DNA of 59,905 nucleotides from a bacterium (GTDB taxonomy: Bacteria > Patescibacteriota > Saccharimonadia > Saccharimonadales > SZUA-47): positions 1-59,905 of the forward strand of contig JAUIBQ010000005.1 in NCBI GenBank assembly GCA_030427445.1, read 5' to 3'. The notes beneath the pieces are model-generated. The model did no database searches. It was not told where the DNA came from and saw nothing but the letters and a program-made list of their open reading frames with translations. Of this stretch, positions 48,032-56,994 are shown one piece after another. Position 1 is the stretch's first letter. Every line of letters starts with the position of its first letter. Both the position numbers and the translations under genes were made by a program.

Positions 48032-49312
48032 ATGCATGACTTACGTGAGATATTTTCTGAAGAGCAGTTTGGACAGACTGTCGAAGCTTTGCAATATCGT
48101 GGTTTTGAGCTAACTGAAGGCGATAGAGCCGTCTATTATGAACTTAGATCGTTGCGAAGTGGCCAAGAAGATTTACGTGCAGATAAAAATAGAATAGCGG
48201 CACAGTTTAAAGATTCAGACGACCAAAGGCGAGCTGAACTTAGAGAAGAATTGGCTACAGTTGAAAGTGCATTAGAAAGTGCTAAAGAACAGCTTGAAGG
48301 GGTTGAGCCTGGATTTAATGACAGAATGCTCAGAATGCCAAATATATCTGCTCCTCACGTACCTATCGGTGGATCAGAAGATGAAAACGTTGAGGTTTCT
48401 GTTCATGGTGAAATTAAGGTGTTACAAGGTGATGTTACATTAGATCATCTTACTCTTGGCACAAGACTTGGTATTATTGATAACGATAATGCCGCCATGC
48501 TATCGGGCTCTAAATTTTCTCTTTTACGCGGTGAAGGTGCTGTACTAAAACGAGCATTGATAAATTTTATGCTAGACAGCTCTACAGCAAATGGCTATGA
48601 GGAGGTTGATGCTCCATACTTAGTTAGACCCGATATAATGCAGGGGACAGGTCAGTTACCAAAGTTCGATGATGACATGTTTAAAACCACAGACAATAAA
48701 GGTAATCCTCTATATTTGATTCCTACCACTGAGGTTACATTGACCAACTTATTAAGAACTCATGTGTTCTCTCCCGAAGAACTTCCGTACAAGCTTACTG
48801 GATCATCAGAGAACTTCCGCCGCGAAGCTGGAAAGTCAGGGCAGGACACTAAGGGACTAATCAGGAATCATCAATTCCCAAAAATCGAGTTAGTTAGAGT
48901 TGCACACCCAGATGATTCTTGGGAAAGTTATTACGAGATGATAGATGAAGCAAGTTTGGTTCTAGAAACCCTGGGCTTACCTTATCGGCATCTTGATCTT
49001 TGTACGGGAGACTTAGGAGTTGCTGCTATGGCAACGAGGGACCTTGAAGTTTGGTTACCTAGCCAAGGCCGTTACCTGGAGGTTTCTAGTGTTAGTAACA
49101 CTGGGTCTTATCAATCTCGTAGAATGGGTATGAAATTTCTTAATCCAGAAACTGGAAAACGTGAATTTGTTCATACACTTAATGGTACAGCAGTAGCTGT
49201 TGGAAGAACACTAGCTTGCATACTAGAAAATGGCCAGAATCCAGACGGTTCAGTAGACATTCCAGAGGCACTGCATGATTACACTAAGTTTAGTAGGATT
49301 ACGACTGAATGA
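48032..49312 (+). CDS. serS: Serine--tRNA ligase (islet-borne)
   Basis: N-terminal coiled coil; GTGQLPKF, LIPTTEV, FRREAG, GLIRNHQF, EVSSVSN and HTLNGT..A.GR motifs. Confidence 0.95.
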   Translation: MHDLREIFSEEQFGQTVEALQYRGFELTEGDRAVYYELRSLRSGQEDLRADKNRIAAQFKDSDDQRRAELREELATVESALESAKEQLEGVEPGFNDRMLRMPNISAPHVPIGGSEDENVEVSVHGEIKVLQGDVTLDHLTLGTRLGIIDNDNAAMLSGSKFSLLRGEGAVLKRALINFMLDSSTANGYEEVDAPYLVRPDIMQGTGQLPKFDDDMFKTTDNKGNPLYLIPTTEVTLTNLLRTHVFSPEELPYKLTGSSENFRREAGKSGQDTKGLIRNHQFPKIELVRVAHPDDSWESYYEMIDEASLVLETLGLPYRHLDLCTGDLGVAAMATRDLEVWLPSQGRYLEVSSVSNTGSYQSRRMGMKFLNPETGKREFVHTLNGTAVAVGRTLACILENGQNPDGSVDIPEALHDYTKFSRITTE

Positions 49313-49956
49313 CAGGAGCTATTTTTATAGGTGGTGGTGGTGGAAAAGAAGATGCTGTTGAATTAGATGCAGCATATAAAAATAAAGTATTATCTTCATC
49401 GAAATCACCAAGTTGCTTGTATATTCCCCATGCTATGGAGTCAGGAAAACATAGCAAAGCTCTTCACTGGTTTACTGAAACGTATGACTTCTTTGAGGAT
49501 ATTAAGTTACTGCAAGCCCCTAAAGATTTAGAGGATGAATACGATAGCATCTATATGGGTGGAGGATATTGTCATAGGCTAAGAGATACTCTAATAAGCT
49601 TTGATGTCCATTCGGCGTTTTTTAAATCTTTTATTGGAAAAGGCGGCAGCCTATATGGTGGTAGTGCAGGAGGGGTTGTTCTAGGAAAAACCTTATTGTC
49701 ATCAAGAGAAGTTATGTTACGACCTGAAACGTTTCTGCCTTTAGACCATCAGGGCATGGATATTTGCAACGGACTTAGCTTTAGGCCTCATTTTACAGGC
49801 AGCAAAGACGAGGCTTTAGCAATAGAATCTCTTTCTAGGGAGCAAGAAATAGCAGTAATAGCTCTTAGCGAGGGAGCTGGAGTAATAATACAAGAGGGCC
49901 AAGGACACGAACTCATTAACCCTGATCTTGCTCTAGAATTTGGTGTGGACTTATGA
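49309..49956 (+). CDS. Peptidase S51 (PepE/cyanophycinase-like)
   Basis: IGGG, YIP.A, YMGGG, YGGSAG, PHF and LSE motifs. Confidence 0.8.
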   Translation: MTGAIFIGGGGGKEDAVELDAAYKNKVLSSSKSPSCLYIPHAMESGKHSKALHWFTETYDFFEDIKLLQAPKDLEDEYDSIYMGGGYCHRLRDTLISFDVHSAFFKSFIGKGGSLYGGSAGGVVLGKTLLSSREVMLRPETFLPLDHQGMDICNGLSFRPHFTGSKDEALAIESLSREQEIAVIALSEGAGVIIQEGQGHELINPDLALEFGVDL

Positions 49957-50963
49957 TTAATATTGAAGCTTTTGAAGCTCGAATGAAATGTCTAGAAGCG
50001 TATTCTTTCTCAGAAAGATATGCAACTGCAGTATCTAATTTAGCTGATCTGTATACGGAAATCGAATATGTTGAACCTATGCCGCTAGTTCGTGATATAG
50101 ACGTAGACTCAACCTTACTAACTTCCTCCGGTTTACAGTATATGAACCAGTTCATACATGGTGATATGCCAGTACCCAACCATGCGTTCTTGATATCACA
50201 GCCTGTCGTTAGGATGAACTATCTCCCTACTGTGTCTATGGGGTCATATACAAACTTCGTCAATTTCGGCACAATGCAAATTGGCTTAAACCAAAATGAA
50301 CATACCACTTTAAGCAATGAGTACCGAGATGTCTTGGCTGAAGCAGCTGGAAGTGATGTGACTACAATTACTGTCAGCGAAGATTTAAAGCATAACAGAA
50401 ACGGAATGGATTATAGAACATACCATGAGAATTACGTTGTCGATGACCTTGAGGTCGCCGATTCTCTTTTTCACGAAATTGTTCTAGCAGATGGTGCAAC
50501 TATAACATTGTCAGAACTTGGGGGTGGTTTAGAGAGACTATTATTCGGAAGATCACCTCTAGTAATTCAAGAAACAACAGGTATTAGCACAATAGATGCT
50601 ACCAATATCGAAGCAGCTGACGCTTTTAGGGGCGCAGTCTTGATAGCTGGAAACAGTGTTAGGCCTTCAAATAATAACCAAGGCTACCAATTGCGCCGAC
50701 TTTTAAAGCGTATGCCAGATACTTCAGCAGACCTACAAGAGTTTATGGAATCGTTAGCATTCAGCCAAGTACCACAAAGATATTGGCAAGATATTGGCGG
50801 AACGCAACTTCCATTCAAAGAAACTGCAGACATAGTTAGAAAAGAGTTATGGCGTAACGTAAACTTGGCAGCCTTAAGTAGAGCTGGAGTTAAATCTAAG
50901 TCAAAAATGGATCTCTCTATGGACCCAGTAGCTTTCTCTACTAAATTTAGTCTAGGTGAATAG
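49953..50963 (+). CDS. Truncated alanyl-tRNA synthetase-like protein (catalytic domain only)
   Basis: STLLTSSGLQ, SQPVVR, ELGGGLERL and ADAFR....GNSVRPSNNNQGYQLRRLLKR mirror the AlaRS N-domain; no editing or C-Ala domains. Confidence 0.75.
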   Translation: MINIEAFEARMKCLEAYSFSERYATAVSNLADLYTEIEYVEPMPLVRDIDVDSTLLTSSGLQYMNQFIHGDMPVPNHAFLISQPVVRMNYLPTVSMGSYTNFVNFGTMQIGLNQNEHTTLSNEYRDVLAEAAGSDVTTITVSEDLKHNRNGMDYRTYHENYVVDDLEVADSLFHEIVLADGATITLSELGGGLERLLFGRSPLVIQETTGISTIDATNIEAADAFRGAVLIAGNSVRPSNNNQGYQLRRLLKRMPDTSADLQEFMESLAFSQVPQRYWQDIGGTQLPFKETADIVRKELWRNVNLAALSRAGVKSKSKMDLSMDPVAFSTKFSLGE

Positions 50964-51590
50964 ATTATCTAGGCGTTTTATACCTTCTGGGTTAAAAATA
51001 TCAACTATCCTATCATTGCAAAATATTAAGCCAGAGCTCTCGCTAAGTCCGATAAGATTTGAATTAAATCTCTTTGCTTCGGCTATATGACGATTACTAA
51101 ACTCACCATATAAATGTGGCACAAGAGAGGAGTTATTCAAATAATTGTACCCATGATTATCGTTTGACTCAACAAATTCATCAGTTGGAGCTACCGTAAT
51201 TGTTTTGCCAAAAATAATTGCTCCAGCACTTCCTCCGTAAACAAGACCACCGCTGTTGATATGTTTACTTATGTAATCATCAAGTCCATAATGAGCGAGG
51301 GTATATAGTAGCTTACCAGTGTTGCCGCCTCCTATGTATATAAGATCATATGTTTTCTTAGAAAAAGCTTTAGCACTAGCTGAGCTAGTCACTGTATCTA
51401 TACTTTCAAGATATCCGTACTGACTCTTAAACCAATTAACAGCGTCACTATAGTAATCATTCTTTAACGCTACGGGTATATATAGACATCTAGAGGACCC
51501 ACGCTTAAGTAATGCTTTTCGTAAAGATAGATCAATCTTTTTTGATTGTTTAGCGTTGCCACCGCCCGATAGATATATTAAACCTTTCAT
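50952..51590 (-). CDS. Peptidase S51 (second paralog)
   Basis: LSGGG, YIPVA, YIGGGNT, YGGSAGA, PHL and LSE motifs. Confidence 0.82.
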   Translation of the reverse strand: MKGLIYLSGGGNAKQSKKIDLSLRKALLKRGSSRCLYIPVALKNDYYSDAVNWFKSQYGYLESIDTVTSSASAKAFSKKTYDLIYIGGGNTGKLLYTLAHYGLDDYISKHINSGGLVYGGSAGAIIFGKTITVAPTDEFVESNDNHGYNYLNNSSLVPHLYGEFSNRHIAEAKRFNSNLIGLSESSGLIFCNDRIVDIFNPEGIKRLDNLFT

Positions 51591-51655
51591 AATTCACAAT
51601 TGTACATATGATAGATACCTTTGACAAATATAGGTCAATATTATAAGTTATACAT

Positions 51656-52255
51656 ATGACAAATAACGAAATGACTCTTGAAACTTATGAACGTAATATT
51701 GACAAGTTTATTGAACGCACGCCTAAAGACACTATTGGTGAAACTAAAGTTTGGCTTGATGCAATCGCAGAAAGAGTTTCTACAGGCAGCAGTGTGCTTG
51801 AAATAGGAAGCGGCTTTGGACGTGATGCCGACTACTTAAGGTCAAAAGGTATTGGAGTGTTGTGTACTGATGGAGCTGCTGGTTTTGTTAAAGCGCTAAG
51901 AGCGCGAGGTCATGAGGCTATGCAACTAAACGTACTTACTGACGAGATAGACGGTTCTTATGATCTAATATTTGCAGATGCAGTTTTCGAACATTTTACT
52001 CGTGACCAACTTGCTTACGCCCTTTCAAAACTAAATAGGGCCACTGTAGATGGTGGAACTTTAGGTTTTAGCATCAGGAGAGGTGAAGGTGAATATTGGT
52101 CAAAAGAGAAATTAGATGAAGATAGATTTTTTTGTTTGTGGGAACCTGACCAACTAGGTTTCGCCGTAACCGCTGCTGGTTTTAAGGTCGATAGTATTTC
52201 AGAGAGCAATGGCTATCAAAACATAAAAAGACTTTACCTACTTGCTACCAAATAG
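51656..52255 (+). CDS. Class I SAM-dependent methyltransferase
   Basis: VLEIGSGFGRD, TD and YDLIFA.AVF.H motifs. Confidence 0.88.
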   Translation: MTNNEMTLETYERNIDKFIERTPKDTIGETKVWLDAIAERVSTGSSVLEIGSGFGRDADYLRSKGIGVLCTDGAAGFVKALRARGHEAMQLNVLTDEIDGSYDLIFADAVFEHFTRDQLAYALSKLNRATVDGGTLGFSIRRGEGEYWSKEKLDEDRFFCLWEPDQLGFAVTAAGFKVDSISESNGYQNIKRLYLLATK

Positions 52256-52341
52256 TTTTAGTAGATTTCCATTTTATTGCTACTTTGCTTCATAACTAAA
52301 GTATCTCACGAAACAAAAACACTATGTTTCCATAGTGCTTT

Positions 52342-52556
52342 CAGCTTGGCTCCGGGGTGAGAAAGTCCAGTGGACTTTTGCAAGGGAGACCACTCTTGAA
52401 CACTTGTTTTCAAAGAGGTGGCGACGGGGTCGCGGAACGTGACTGGATAGAATCAACACAACAAATCTGTGCGCCTGGAGCAGGGCAGCAGACTTGATAT
52501 CGAACCAGCGACCTCGAAGTTAACAGCTTCTTGTCCGCTGTACAGCGGACTACCCA
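52342..52556 (-). pseudogene. Interrupted tRNA-Asn copy (repeat unit D)
   Basis: Pieces at 52347-52357, 52441-52448 and 52500-52533 (34 bp identical to 53424-53457, including the anticodon), separated by hairpin insertions; D-arm degenerate. Confidence 0.8.
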
Positions 52557-52607
52557 GTATTTAGTATTAATTTCTTGGCTCAGCTTACAGGTCACGGACT
52601 TTAATAA

Positions 52608-53030
52608 CTACTGTAAGTTGCTGTCTTCAGCTAGGCGAACCATTCTATCTATAAACCAAAATTTAACTATCATAACAAGCAGCGAAGACAGTACAAGGGG
52701 TATAAGTTCTTGTTGCCAACCAAAGTAAATAAACAGCCCAAATAATGGAATATTAGCTAAGTTCAGTAGCGTCGGCAGATCGTGCTTCAATTTTTTACCA
52801 TCCTCAAAATATAGTTTTTCACCAATAACACCTTTACTCATCCAGTTATCGCCATTTTTAGGTCGAGGGAATAACAGCGGATTCACAACAAGCCAAACCA
52901 AAGTTATTCCTATGATCCAGTAGTTGTGCAAGTATAAGCCGACTGCTAACATCGGCATGGATAGAACACGACTCCATCCACTCCATGGATTAGTATGCCT
53001 ATCCCAGACTCTATCGCTTAGTATTGCCAT
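52608..53030 (-). CDS. DUF6653-like membrane protein
   Basis: WDRHTNPWSGWSR, NP.LFP.P, WMSK.V.GE and K.WFIDRM motifs. Confidence 0.75.
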   Translation of the reverse strand: MAILSDRVWDRHTNPWSGWSRVLSMPMLAVGLYLHNYWIIGITLVWLVVNPLLFPRPKNGDNWMSKGVIGEKLYFEDGKKLKHDLPTLLNLANIPLFGLFIYFGWQQELIPLVLSSLLVMIVKFWFIDRMVRLAEDSNLQ

Positions 53031-53118
53031 AAACCTACTATAGCAGATGCTTAGATTAAAATAGCAGGCTATTCAGTAGCGCGAAAGCTTACTGGATAGC
53101 CTGTAAAATATATGCTCT

Positions 53119-53260
53119 TGGCTCCGGGGACTGGAAAGATAAAATCCGCCCGTCTACCAAGCTAAGGCTTGGTGGGGGATTTCCGCCCCAGCTTCGCTGG
53201 TTCAATTCGCATACTGCGAACTTAAACTAAAAACAGACCCGATTGGGTCCGTTCTTAGTT
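53119..53260 (-). repeat. tRNA 3'-end-linked repeat unit A
   Basis: TGGCTCCGGGGACTGGA followed by CCGCCCGTCT..CAAGC hairpin, GCTTCGC and a terminator hairpin. Confidence 0.85.
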
Positions 53261-53405
53261 TGGCTCCGGGGACTAGAAGCCTATGGAAATTCCGCCCGTC
53301 TGCAAGCTAAGCTTGCGGGGGAATATCGAACCGCTTCGCTGGTTTAATTCGCTGTTCGCGAACTCAAAAGAAAAGAGTCAGACAAAATGCCTGACTCTTT
53401 TCTAT
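53261..53405 (-). repeat. tRNA 3'-end-linked repeat unit B
   Basis: TGGCTCCGGGGACT with the same internal motifs as unit A; ends in the tRNA terminator AGAAAAGAGTCAG/CTGACTCTTTTCT. Confidence 0.85.
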
Positions 53406-53480
53406 TGGCTCCGGGGACTGGATTCGAACCAGCGACCTCGAAGTTAACAGCTTCTTGCTCTACCGCTGAGCTACCCCGGA
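53406..53480 (-). tRNA. tRNA-Asn(GTT), CCA encoded
   Basis: Reverse complement TCCGGGGTAGCTCAGCGGTAGAGCAAGAAGCTGTTAACTTCGAGGTCGCTGGTTCGAATCCAGTCCCCGGAGCCA folds as a cloverleaf; TATAAT upstream. Confidence 0.97.
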
Positions 53481-53569
53481 ACGCCTAACTCATTTTCTTA
53501 AAGTAAGGATGAGTACAGAGGTAGATTATACGTCTTTCGTGTGATACCGTCAACCAGAGTTAGAGAAAT

Positions 53570-53974
53570 TTATGCAACTCTGGATTCTATAAAGTGTCGG
53601 ACTTCATCTGGTACTGGCATCACAGAGAGCCGACCATTACGCACCAAAAGGAATTCGTCATTTACCGAATCAGCTTTGATGTCGGCAAGTGAAAGAGTTT
53701 TAATATATTTCTTAACAAACTTGATATCAGCAACCCAGCTTGTGCGAGGATCATCCTCATTTTTTCTTGGCTCTGATATTACTTCAGCAAGTCCAACAAT
53801 CTGTTTCTCTTTCTGTGAATGATACACATAGACATGATCACCGACCTCCCATTGCTTGATAAAACCAATCGCCTGAAAGTTGTGCACCCCGTCCCAAAGG
53901 GTAGAGCCGTCCCGTTTCAGGTCATCGATAGAATAGTCAGTATCTGGGTCTGCTTTAACTAACCAATAGTTCAT
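53570..53974 (-). CDS. EVE-domain protein
   Basis: MNYWLVK.DP, WDGV.N.QA, YHS and RLSVMPV motifs. Confidence 0.9.
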   Translation of the reverse strand: MNYWLVKADPDTDYSIDDLKRDGSTLWDGVHNFQAIGFIKQWEVGDHVYVYHSQKEKQIVGLAEVISEPRKNEDDPRTSWVADIKFVKKYIKTLSLADIKADSVNDEFLLVRNGRLSVMPVPDEVRHFIESRVA

Positions 53975-54017
53975 GGACACTATTGTATCAGCGTGCATCT
54001 ATGAACAAAAAACGTAG

Positions 54018-54755
54018 TTGCTGTATATACGTGAGCGCTTTAGAATAGTACTTTGGGATATGCAGAAACAAATATACTTTTTTGGTGGTATAACATTCGT
54101 GCTGTTAGTTGCAGTACTTGTCTTTGTTGTTATGTCAAAGAGTGACGGAAGCAAACTACCTCAAACATCTGTCAGCGAGAATCAGTCGCAGCCTAAAAAG
54201 AAAGTGAGTGACTCCGATATCGTTGCTGTTTTTTCTGAAACACCTGTTCAGAGTCAGATAACAAACGCAGTGCCGACAGACGAAGCAGATGTCGCTGCTG
54301 CTAGTGATACTCAACAAGTAAAGATCACATTGCCTGATGGATGGGACATCAAATCTAATGATACTAAAGAAAAAAGTGACTGTGATGCCAGCAAACAACA
54401 AACAGTAGCTGTGTTTGAGAATGGTGATGAAAAAATTACTGCGTACGAAAACGCAAGTCCAACAGGATGTGACGGTAAAACGATCGGTGATGTTAATGTG
54501 ACATTCGAGTACCAAGAAAACGGAATTATCAAGGTTAAGCGCCCTTCACAGTTCACGCAGTGCATTAAAGAGCAAAACAGTACATGCCCTAAGGGTGACG
54601 GTAAAGTGACGGTGTTTGTCACATCGGATACGCCAAATCCACTCAATGGACACACTTACGCTTTCCGCATTGATGACACCAAGCTAGATGCAGATTTTGA
54701 TACACAAGTTACTGGTTTAATTTCACACATTGACCAAATAACTTTCAGCTACTAA
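54018..54755 (+). CDS. Hypothetical membrane-anchored protein (likely start 54060)
   Basis: N-terminal TM, low-complexity linker, Cys pairs. Confidence 0.65.
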   Translation: MLYIRERFRIVLWDMQKQIYFFGGITFVLLVAVLVFVVMSKSDGSKLPQTSVSENQSQPKKKVSDSDIVAVFSETPVQSQITNAVPTDEADVAAASDTQQVKITLPDGWDIKSNDTKEKSDCDASKQQTVAVFENGDEKITAYENASPTGCDGKTIGDVNVTFEYQENGIIKVKRPSQFTQCIKEQNSTCPKGDGKVTVFVTSDTPNPLNGHTYAFRIDDTKLDADFDTQVTGLISHIDQITFSY

Positions 54756-54778
54756 GCACTAAGGCTATACTTAAACCT

Positions 54779-55555
54779 ATGTCGATCATCGAAGCAATTA
54801 TCCTCGGACTTGCTCAGGGCTTAACAGAGTTCATTCCGGTTTCCAGTTCAGGGCATCTGTTGCTTTTGCATGAGATGCTCGGTACCAATGAAAATTCACT
54901 CGGTTTCGATGTAGTGCTTCATGTAGGTACATTGCTGGCACTTATTGTTTTCTTTAAACAAGACATCACGATGCTCATTAAAAATGTATCACAAAAGAAT
55001 AGCGAGGGAAGGCTTGCACGAATTTTAGCAGTAGCGACACTGCCTGCTGCGCTTGTTGGATTATTGTTTAGCGATTTTATTGACGATACAGTGCGCTCTC
55101 CATTTGTTGTGATGATAGCGCTCGCAATCGTAGGAGGCATCATGCTTATAGTAGATTCGCTAAAACCTAAAACGAAAAATATCGAAGAAGTGAGCATGAA
55201 ACAGGGAATTCTTATCGGTGTTGCTCAAATGTTTGCATTAATCCCTGGAGTCTCTCGCTCAGGGGCGACGATTACAACTGGACTAATGCTAGGACTCAGT
55301 CGTGAACTTGCTGCAAGATTTTCTTTCTTGCTCGCCATACCAATCATCACAGGATCTGCTCTTGGATTGTTAATCAAAGGTGATTTAGGGGCTTCTGACC
55401 AGACATTGCCATTGCTACTCGGCATGTGTGCGGCATTTTTGAGTGGACTGTTTGCAATTAAATTCATGCTCAACATTATCGGTAAAGTTGGACTGCGTCC
55501 ATTTGCACTGTATCGCATCGCACTCGCTGTAGTTGTTGGTTTATTTTTGCTGTAA
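54779..55555 (+). CDS. uppP: Undecaprenyl-diphosphate phosphatase
   Basis: QGLTEFIPVSSSGHL, H.GT, PGVSRSG and FSFLL motifs. Confidence 0.96.
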   Translation: MSIIEAIILGLAQGLTEFIPVSSSGHLLLLHEMLGTNENSLGFDVVLHVGTLLALIVFFKQDITMLIKNVSQKNSEGRLARILAVATLPAALVGLLFSDFIDDTVRSPFVVMIALAIVGGIMLIVDSLKPKTKNIEEVSMKQGILIGVAQMFALIPGVSRSGATITTGLMLGLSRELAARFSFLLAIPIITGSALGLLIKGDLGASDQTLPLLLGMCAAFLSGLFAIKFMLNIIGKVGLRPFALYRIALAVVVGLFLL

Positions 55556-55587
55556 AATAAAACCATAAACATTGTTGAGGAGAAGAA

Positions 55588-56319
55588 ATGACACTTAATT
55601 TAACTAAAAAGACGCTTTTGTATGGAATTTATCTATTGTTGCTTGTGGTGATACTTGGACTACTTTTATGGTCACAGCCATGGAAGGCGAACTCTTCGAG
55701 TGAGACTCGAAAAATCACAGTGAGCGGACAAGCGACCGTGGAGTCCGAGCCAGATTTATACGTCTTCAGCCCTTATTTTGAAGTGAAAGATACAGATCAA
55801 GAAGCTGCTCGTAAGGAAGTATCAACGCTTGCAAATAATGCTGTTGAAGCTATGAAAGAGCTTGGTGTCGAGGAAAAAGACATTACACTCGATGTAAGTA
55901 ACTATGACCGCTGGTACTGGGCTGAAGGAGAAGAAGGGGTAATGAATGCGTACCTCACCATTAAAATTCGAGACAAAGACCTTGCGCAGAAAGTTCAAGA
56001 TTACCTTACAAGCTCAAGTGCAAAAGGTCAGTTAACAAGCCAAGAGTCATTTAGTGAAGAAAAGCAAAAATCACTTGAATCTGAGGCGACTGAACAAGCG
56101 ATTGAAGACGCGAGGAGTAAAGCTGAAGCTCAGGCTAAGCTTTTCGGGGCGAAACTAGGTGATGTTATCGAAGTAAAGCAAAACGAAGATGTCAGCGCGT
56201 TGCCTTACCGTGGGATAGCAGAGTTACAAATCTCAGATGGAGCAGATAAATCATTGCCAGTTCTTCCAGGTGAGCAGGAATATACAAAGACACTTCAGGT
56301 TGTCTACGAATTGCGCTAA
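55588..56319 (+). CDS. SIMPL (DUF541) domain protein
   Basis: ITVSG.A.V...PD, A.EDAR.KAE..A...G.KLG and PGEQ...V.Y motifs. Confidence 0.85.
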   Translation: MTLNLTKKTLLYGIYLLLLVVILGLLLWSQPWKANSSSETRKITVSGQATVESEPDLYVFSPYFEVKDTDQEAARKEVSTLANNAVEAMKELGVEEKDITLDVSNYDRWYWAEGEEGVMNAYLTIKIRDKDLAQKVQDYLTSSSAKGQLTSQESFSEEKQKSLESEATEQAIEDARSKAEAQAKLFGAKLGDVIEVKQNEDVSALPYRGIAELQISDGADKSLPVLPGEQEYTKTLQVVYELR

Positions 56320-56359
56320 GTTGTCATATACGTAAGAGGTATCGTACAATTACATAAGT

Positions 56360-56986
56360 ATGAAGAACGCTTTAATCGCACTTTGGGTGTTACTGACTCT
56401 AGGGTTGCTGGGTACGACAGGTTATTTGTTTATGCAAAACCGCGACCTCGACCGTCAGATTAACGAAACTACTGAAGAAAAAAATGAACGGTTAGTTAAC
56501 GAAATCAACAAAGTGTTTGATTTACCAGATGAGACGCCGGTCGTCGCAATCGTCACAGACAAAGAACAGTTTATTAGTGAGTATCCAGTATTTGAAAATG
56601 CTGAGTCAGGTGATTACCTGCTATTCTTCCGTAAGGCACGACTTAATGTCTTGTATCGTCAAAGCGAAAAACGAGTTGTGAAGACCGCACAAGTTGCCGT
56701 CCCAATAAGTATTGAACTTATCGGTAGCAAAGACGCGATTGCTGAAGCTGAATCTCAATTGCAAGAGCTTGAAGGCAGCGTTACATTGGTTAAAACAGTT
56801 AATACAGGGATAGCGCAAAGCTTAATCTACGATGTTGACCAGGACCAAGCAGACGAAACAAGCCAGCTTGCAGACAGACTAGAAATTAAATCTGCTTCGA
56901 CATTACCAGACACAATTACACCAGGAGACACAACGGAAATTGTTATTCTTTTGGCTGACTCTTCTGCCCCTGAGTCTACAGAATAG
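56360..56986 (+). CDS. Hypothetical membrane-anchored protein
   Basis: N-terminal TM; LP.ETP.VA.V.D...F.NA..GD.LL...YR motif. Confidence 0.7.
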   Translation: MKNALIALWVLLTLGLLGTTGYLFMQNRDLDRQINETTEEKNERLVNEINKVFDLPDETPVVAIVTDKEQFISEYPVFENAESGDYLLFFRKARLNVLYRQSEKRVVKTAQVAVPISIELIGSKDAIAEAESQLQELEGSVTLVKTVNTGIAQSLIYDVDQDQADETSQLADRLEIKSASTLPDTITPGDTTEIVILLADSSAPESTE

Positions 56987-56994
56987 GGACACGG

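Larger units (their letters stand above)
46425..52357. mobile_element. tRNA-Asn-associated genomic islet (no integrase in window)
   Basis: Bounded by the 16-bp direct repeat CAGCTTGGCTCCGGGG (46420-46435 and 52342-52357); cargo looks AT-richer by eye. Confidence 0.65.

Noticed and set aside
48032-49312. Confident call as an albomycin-resistant SerRS
   Set aside because: The motif 2 His (RNHQF) is retained and no albomycin biosynthetic genes are present; resistance cannot be inferred from sequence.
52342-52556. Functional intron-containing tRNA-Asn
   Set aside because: The 5' acceptor strand and D-arm are degenerate, the inserts are far too short for group I introns and are not in the anticodon loop, and an intact copy lies nearby.
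46425-53480. CRISPR array
   Set aside because: The repeats are tRNA 3'-end copies with irregular spacing from ~140 to ~5900 bp, and there are no cas genes.
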